DNA of 64,000 bases from Mayamaea pseudoterrestris. Lineage: Eukaryota. The position numbers and the translations under genes were made by a program. The notes below the pieces were generated by a model that ran no database searches, was not told the DNA's origin, and saw nothing but the letters and a program-made list of their open reading frames with translations. The stretch covers positions 868,001-932,000 of the forward strand of contig BROI01000010.1 in assembly GCA_027923505.1 (NCBI GenBank), in the 5' to 3' direction. The stretch's first letter is position 1. Every line of letters starts with the position of its first letter. Positions 59,932 through 64,000 of this stretch are shown one piece after another.

Positions 59932-61869
59932 TTATAATCCCTTGCGCAGCTCGTTCAATTCGCGCTTGATTGCTTTGGCTTGCTCAAATCGACGCTGACT
60001 CTCCTCCAAATGTCGCTCCTTCTCTCGAACAGTCAAGTAGGTGTCAAACTCTGCTCTCTTCTTGGCGCGAGCCGTACTACGTGGCTCGTAGCCGCTGCTG
60101 CTTGAACGGAACGACGTTGACTCATTCCGTGCTGTTGCTTCAGCAGTCGCATTGGGAAGCTCGTTCTCATTGCCGTTTGAGGAGGAAAACGGAGTTGAAA
60201 GCAATTTGACTCCCAGAAGAGAAGACACGGCAGAGGAAATACTTGCGGCACTCTGGCTTTGGGAAGTGTCGCAGGCATCGTCAGCTGTCGTCGCGGATGC
60301 AGGCACATTTTTACGACGTAAGCCCAACCGGGGCGACCAAGGCACCGTTGTCGGTCGAGTTGGGATGCGAGGAACACCCGAAGCGCCATTGGATCTTAAA
60401 GACTTTGGAATTGGCAAAGCTTTAAAACCAAAACTAGACTTTGAAGTTGGAGGCCTGGCTTTGACGCGCGGAGCATGCGACTGACCATTATCTGCCTCTT
60501 GCCGACGCGGACCCAATATGGGCGAGACTGGATCGGTAAATAGCCTCTTTGGCACCTTAGGTAGACCACTTAAACCACCACGACCAGCCAGTCCGGTAGT
60601 TTTTGGAAGAGGAAGGGCGGTGAACGATTTGACGGCGCCAGTCTCGGAAAGTGGTGCACCCAGACCCATGGACCGGTCAGATGGCCTTGTTAATCGTCGC
60701 AGTCCAAGAAGCGGGGAGTGAGGGACGGTAACTGGTCGTTTGTCCACTTTTGGAACGCCCAAACTCCCCGCCAAATCCAAATTTGGAGCTGGCCTCGCCT
60801 TGAATGTGTACGTGTTCGTAGCTTGCTGCTCCTTGTCCATCTCGTCCGGTTCGACCTCGTGTGGCGCACCATCATATTCAGATTGTCGACGCAGCATTCT
60901 CGCGGCCTCAATTCCTTGCCGATGACTCTTTTCCTTGGCAACCATATCATCTCGAGAATGTACGAGAGCCTTTTTACGTCGAAAGGCGGCTCCTCGAAGC
61001 CGATGTAGAAAGGCCAAGCTTGTCGCACCAAGTTCCTCCTGCGTCCGTGCAATTTCGTCGTCGCGAGCCGATCCAGTCGTCATGACGGACTCATCTACAG
61101 TGTCGAACTGTTCATGGTCTCCAAGTAAGTCAGCGTCCGCTTCATTGATAGCCATTGATTCAATTTCCCAATGAAGCTCTGGCGCTTCAAACTCTTGATC
61201 TGCTTCCACGACTTGCGAAAGGATGGCCTGCCGATGGCGAGTTTGTGAACTCTGGTCGTTTAAATCTTCGTCGAGCCTCTCATGAATGTTTTCTCGTCGT
61301 AACGACTCATGCGCAGTGCCATTTTCTTGGTTCCCTCCAGCAGAATGAAATGCGTCGCCACTACTGGTCGTCGATTCACCCGATACGGATGCTACATCTG
61401 GAGATACCGTCAAGAACCATTCTCCCATGTCGTGACTCGCTCGCAGCTCTCTCGAAAAGGCAATTGGACTGAGCAGGAGTTCGCTTCGATTTAACTGTAA
61501 GTTATCTTCGTTTGTTGCCGAATGAACGAGTCCTATCTTGCTTTCCACTGTGCTGCAATTCATCCACGATGCGCCGCTATTCTCGTGCGGACCAAGGGAC
61601 GTCGGCAGAATCTCACCATCGCTTTGCTCTACTCGTTTGCCGTTCAAGTCTTTGTCGTTACATCCGTAAATTAAGACAGTCTCAGGAAGATGCGCTCCAT
61701 CAGCCAGCAACGATGCATCAGCGATTGCATTGTTTTTAGACTCGTCATTTAGACTTTCGGGATTACATTGCCGCAAAATTTCCTTTCCGTCGTTTGGAAG
61801 TTCCATTGTTGAATCTGAATGCGTCTTTTTGCAAGTCTTACGGCGGTTTCGCCTCGATCGTTTCGCCAT
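59932..61869 (-). CDS. TPX2-like microtubule-associated protein
   Basis: Three FKAxPxP..GxPKxxKRxxTxPxSPxLG repeats and a TPX2-type C-terminus RSTARAKKRAEFD..REKER..ELNELRKGL. Confidence 0.7.
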   Translation of the reverse strand: MAKRSRRNRRKTCKKTHSDSTMELPNDGKEILRQCNPESLNDESKNNAIADASLLADGAHLPETVLIYGCNDKDLNGKRVEQSDGEILPTSLGPHENSGASWMNCSTVESKIGLVHSATNEDNLQLNRSELLLSPIAFSRELRASHDMGEWFLTVSPDVASVSGESTTSSGDAFHSAGGNQENGTAHESLRRENIHERLDEDLNDQSSQTRHRQAILSQVVEADQEFEAPELHWEIESMAINEADADLLGDHEQFDTVDESVMTTGSARDDEIARTQEELGATSLAFLHRLRGAAFRRKKALVHSRDDMVAKEKSHRQGIEAARMLRRQSEYDGAPHEVEPDEMDKEQQATNTYTFKARPAPNLDLAGSLGVPKVDKRPVTVPHSPLLGLRRLTRPSDRSMGLGAPLSETGAVKSFTALPLPKTTGLAGRGGLSGLPKVPKRLFTDPVSPILGPRRQEADNGQSHAPRVKARPPTSKSSFGFKALPIPKSLRSNGASGVPRIPTRPTTVPWSPRLGLRRKNVPASATTADDACDTSQSQSAASISSAVSSLLGVKLLSTPFSSSNGNENELPNATAEATARNESTSFRSSSSGYEPRSTARAKKRAEFDTYLTVREKERHLEESQRRFEQAKAIKRELNELRKGL

Positions 61870-61956
61870 GGTCGATTTTTTGTTGTTGTGAGTGGTCGGC
61901 CGGCGACATGGCCGTTGCGATGCAATGTCGAACCGGTTCACGTTAAAATATTAGCT

Positions 61957-61986
61957 ATTGGGAGAAGGCCAATAAGGGAGGATTGG
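61957..61986. promoter_or_regulatory. Cluster of three CCAAT/ATTGG boxes upstream of the TPX2-like gene
   Basis: ATTGG 61957-61961, CCAAT 61969-61973 and ATTGG 61982-61986, about 90-120 nt before ATG 61869. Confidence 0.4.
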
Positions 61987-62674
61987 CCAAATCTACTTGT
62001 ACCATTGTTTGTAATATGTACTAGTCAAATTATATTAACAAGCTATATATAAAAACAATTTACAATACCTAAAAAACTTGGCTGAAAAGGAAAAGCGAAT
62101 AGAATCTCATACCGACGAATGATGTCGCAGCGGCTTGTTACTTTTTGAAACTGCCGCGCCAGCCTCACAGTTTCGTGCACCTTTTGCAATTGCCATCGGT
62201 GAATAGCCGACCTTCTTTGCATTGACCATGCTGAGGCTAGAAGGATAAGTCTTGGTCTGTGGCAGCGTCAAAGCAAAGGAGGGTTCGATTTGGTGACTAT
62301 TGGTGACAGGTGAGTGACAGGTGACAGGGTGAGACATCAATTGATTCCTCCGTTCTCCGTTCGTCCCCAAAGAACAAATTGCATGATTGCTCTTCATCAT
62401 GAGACTCTTGCCCAGACACTTTGGTATATGAAGGAAGAAATTGTCAATCACAGATACCGGCGTTTTGCTGGTCTGTACCGACAGCCTTCGACTCGCTTTC
62501 CTTAAGGCTGACGTTTCATGACGACTCGTCGGAACGCAAATCGTTTGCTTCCATCGTTGAACGTTGATCGAGTCATGATTGCGATACAATTCTTGCTTGC
62601 TCACTAATTTAGTCAGTATGTGTTCAGGTTCAGGGATAACTAACATTCGCAGCTGCGCTGCGCAATGGCATACA

Positions 62675-64000
62675 ATGCCTTCATCTGGCGGCCGTTCTCG
62701 CCTCGTAGCGGCGGCTCAGTGTATACTTCTCTTAATTCTGCTAAACCTTTTCAGTATAACAACCTTGCGTCAATGGTCACCACTGCAAACTTACGAAAAA
62801 AATGCTGATGCATTACCACGAGAGATCATACTGCAAGAATTCCTCATAGACAACCCCAACTGCCAATATAAGACTATGTTGCTGCGTCAATATCAAGCAA
62901 TTGGCATCAATTTGACGAGAGAGCTTTGCGACGCGCTGCCGAAATGGTCCAAGGTTGTAAGACGACTCGGTGATCGACCATACATCTTGGGGCAAGAAAC
63001 CTGTGCGCGATATTGCCAACGCACTGTGGAGCGAGGAGGGTTGCCGACTATTCGAATCGCCGGCTTACCAAACGCGGCAATGGACATGATGATTGAACTG
63101 CTGCACTGGACTAGCCAAGCTAGCTCTGACCTCAATAGCTCGAACGACCTGCTCGTTCCATGGGGAGTGCATACGCCACTTTCGGCAGCCAGACGCTCCC
63201 GACAATTCGATGACTCCATCTTTACTTTGGTTCTCGTTCAAGATCCACTCCAATTTATGAATTCGCTTTGCAAAAACCCAGACACCTTGCAGTGGAACCG
63301 CGGAAAACATGGACGGTGTCCAAACCTTGTGCCGACGCTAGAGGAGCGCCAATCAAAGCGGGAAACAAACTTTGGCGTCAAGTTACCCATGACGCTTGAC
63401 AACAATCGAACTGCCTGGCGGCACTACCAAAGTATTGCCGATTATTGGGCTTCTTGGATTGAAGAATGGGTAACGGCAGACGTTCCTCGGTTGATTGTGA
63501 GGAGCGAAGATTTGTATATCTTTCCCGAGCAGGTAGCGCAAATTCTTACCGACTGCATTTGCACGAACAGCTCGTTGCGCCAAACACCTGCAAGAGTTGT
63601 CGAATCGTTGCTTAACATACAAAAGCTTAAGCAATTTACTTTGGCGAAACTCGACAACTCAGCGTTGAACTCAGCTGAGCTAATTCACCTTCAAACCACG
63701 TTAAAGTCTTCCATCATGAATGTCTTGCACTACGATGGTGTCGCCGACGGATCTTTCTTGTTGAAATACAAGAGTACGTCGCAGCGCTCGAGTTTGCATT
63801 CTCGCCGTTATTCGCGATGGGAAGCAAAATCGCAACAGGTGGACGGAAATCATTTAATTGAAGATGAGTTTATTTCAAAGTGCGAAAATGTTACTGTTTT
63901 TTTGTCGCAAAACTTACGCTGCGACAATAAGGTTTCCATGATCCAAGAGCTCGCATCAGCAGGAGTGTGCCCGGTGCCCGAATTTTGTGAAGTGCTTCCC
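62675..64000 (+). CDS. Type II membrane sulfotransferase-like protein (diatom family), 3'-partial; absent from the ORF track because no stop occurs in the window
   Basis: Manual translation gives 442 open codons: MPSSGGRSRLVAAAQCILLLILLNLFSI (anchor), LPKWSKV..GQETC..IAGLPNAAM..VPWGVH..VLVQDPLQFMNSLC..CPNLVP..PRLIVRSEDL..PEQV. Confidence 0.75.
   Translation, partial: MPSSGGRSRLVAAAQCILLLILLNLFSITTLRQWSPLQTYEKNADALPREIILQEFLIDNPNCQYKTMLLRQYQAIGINLTRELCDALPKWSKVVRRLGDRPYILGQETCARYCQRTVERGGLPTIRIAGLPNAAMDMMIELLHWTSQASSDLNSSNDLLVPWGVHTPLSAARRSRQFDDSIFTLVLVQDPLQFMNSLCKNPDTLQWNRGKHGRCPNLVPTLEERQSKRETNFGVKLPMTLDNNRTAWRHYQSIADYWASWIEEWVTADVPRLIVRSEDLYIFPEQVAQILTDCICTNSSLRQTPARVVESLLNIQKLKQFTLAKLDNSALNSAELIHLQTTLKSSIMNVLHYDGVADGSFLLKYKSTSQRSSLHSRRYSRWEAKSQQVDGNHLIEDEFISKCENVTVFLSQNLRCDNKVSMIQELASAGVCPVPEFCEVLP

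Noticed and set aside
4393..61869. Apparent cluster of cell-cycle genes (E2F, NDR kinase, RFC5, BRWD/PHIP, TPX2-like)
   Set aside because: They are spread over 57 kb among unrelated genes with no shared orientation or motif that I could see; consistent with chance in a compact genome.
62107..62646. 179-aa minus-strand ORF as a full gene
   Set aside because: No recognisable domain, and it runs through a promoter-like GTGACAG cluster; only the portion from 62229 is kept as a weak candidate.
1..64000. Transposons, CRISPR arrays, rRNA, TPP riboswitch, SECIS
   Set aside because: I saw no transposase/RT/integrase motifs, spaced repeat arrays or matching RNA consensus sequences by eye; an Rfam/RepeatMasker scan would be needed to exclude them fully.

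Overview
Gene-dense eukaryotic nuclear DNA with short GT-AG introns (mostly 65-175 nt) and short, often divergent intergenic spacers. The gene content points to a diatom, probably pennate (inference: SET/Tudor-aminopropyltransferase-AdoMetDC fusion, RXL-type secreted membrane protein, diatom-type Cys/His repeat and sulfotransferase-like proteins). About 29 protein-coding genes can be reconstructed by manual splicing. They include E2F, TRM13, RPL32, RPS19, a class IV aminotransferase, an ABC transporter, a C2/PRT_C protein, an NDR kinase, a p24 protein, an ABC1 kinase, RFC5, an MFS transporter, a DnaJ-membrane protein, a BRWD/PHIP-like protein and a TPX2-like protein. I recognised no tRNA, rRNA, transposon or CRISPR. 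Top observations: (1) the E2F gene has a 485-nt stretch with no AG dinucleotide on the coding strand, lying inside a predicted 622-nt intron that also stays in frame with E2F, which suggests distant-branch-point splicing and two alternative N-termini; (2) a mitochondrial lipoyl domain is fused to a Kgd4/MRPS36-like adaptor with no E2 catalytic core; (3) a putative long-chain-polyamine fusion enzyme has degenerate catalytic motifs; (4) tandem paralogous Cys-rich type I membrane proteins, one with an RXL motif; (5) a tandem palindrome in a bidirectional promoter. All family assignments come from motif recognition by eye; no searches were run.
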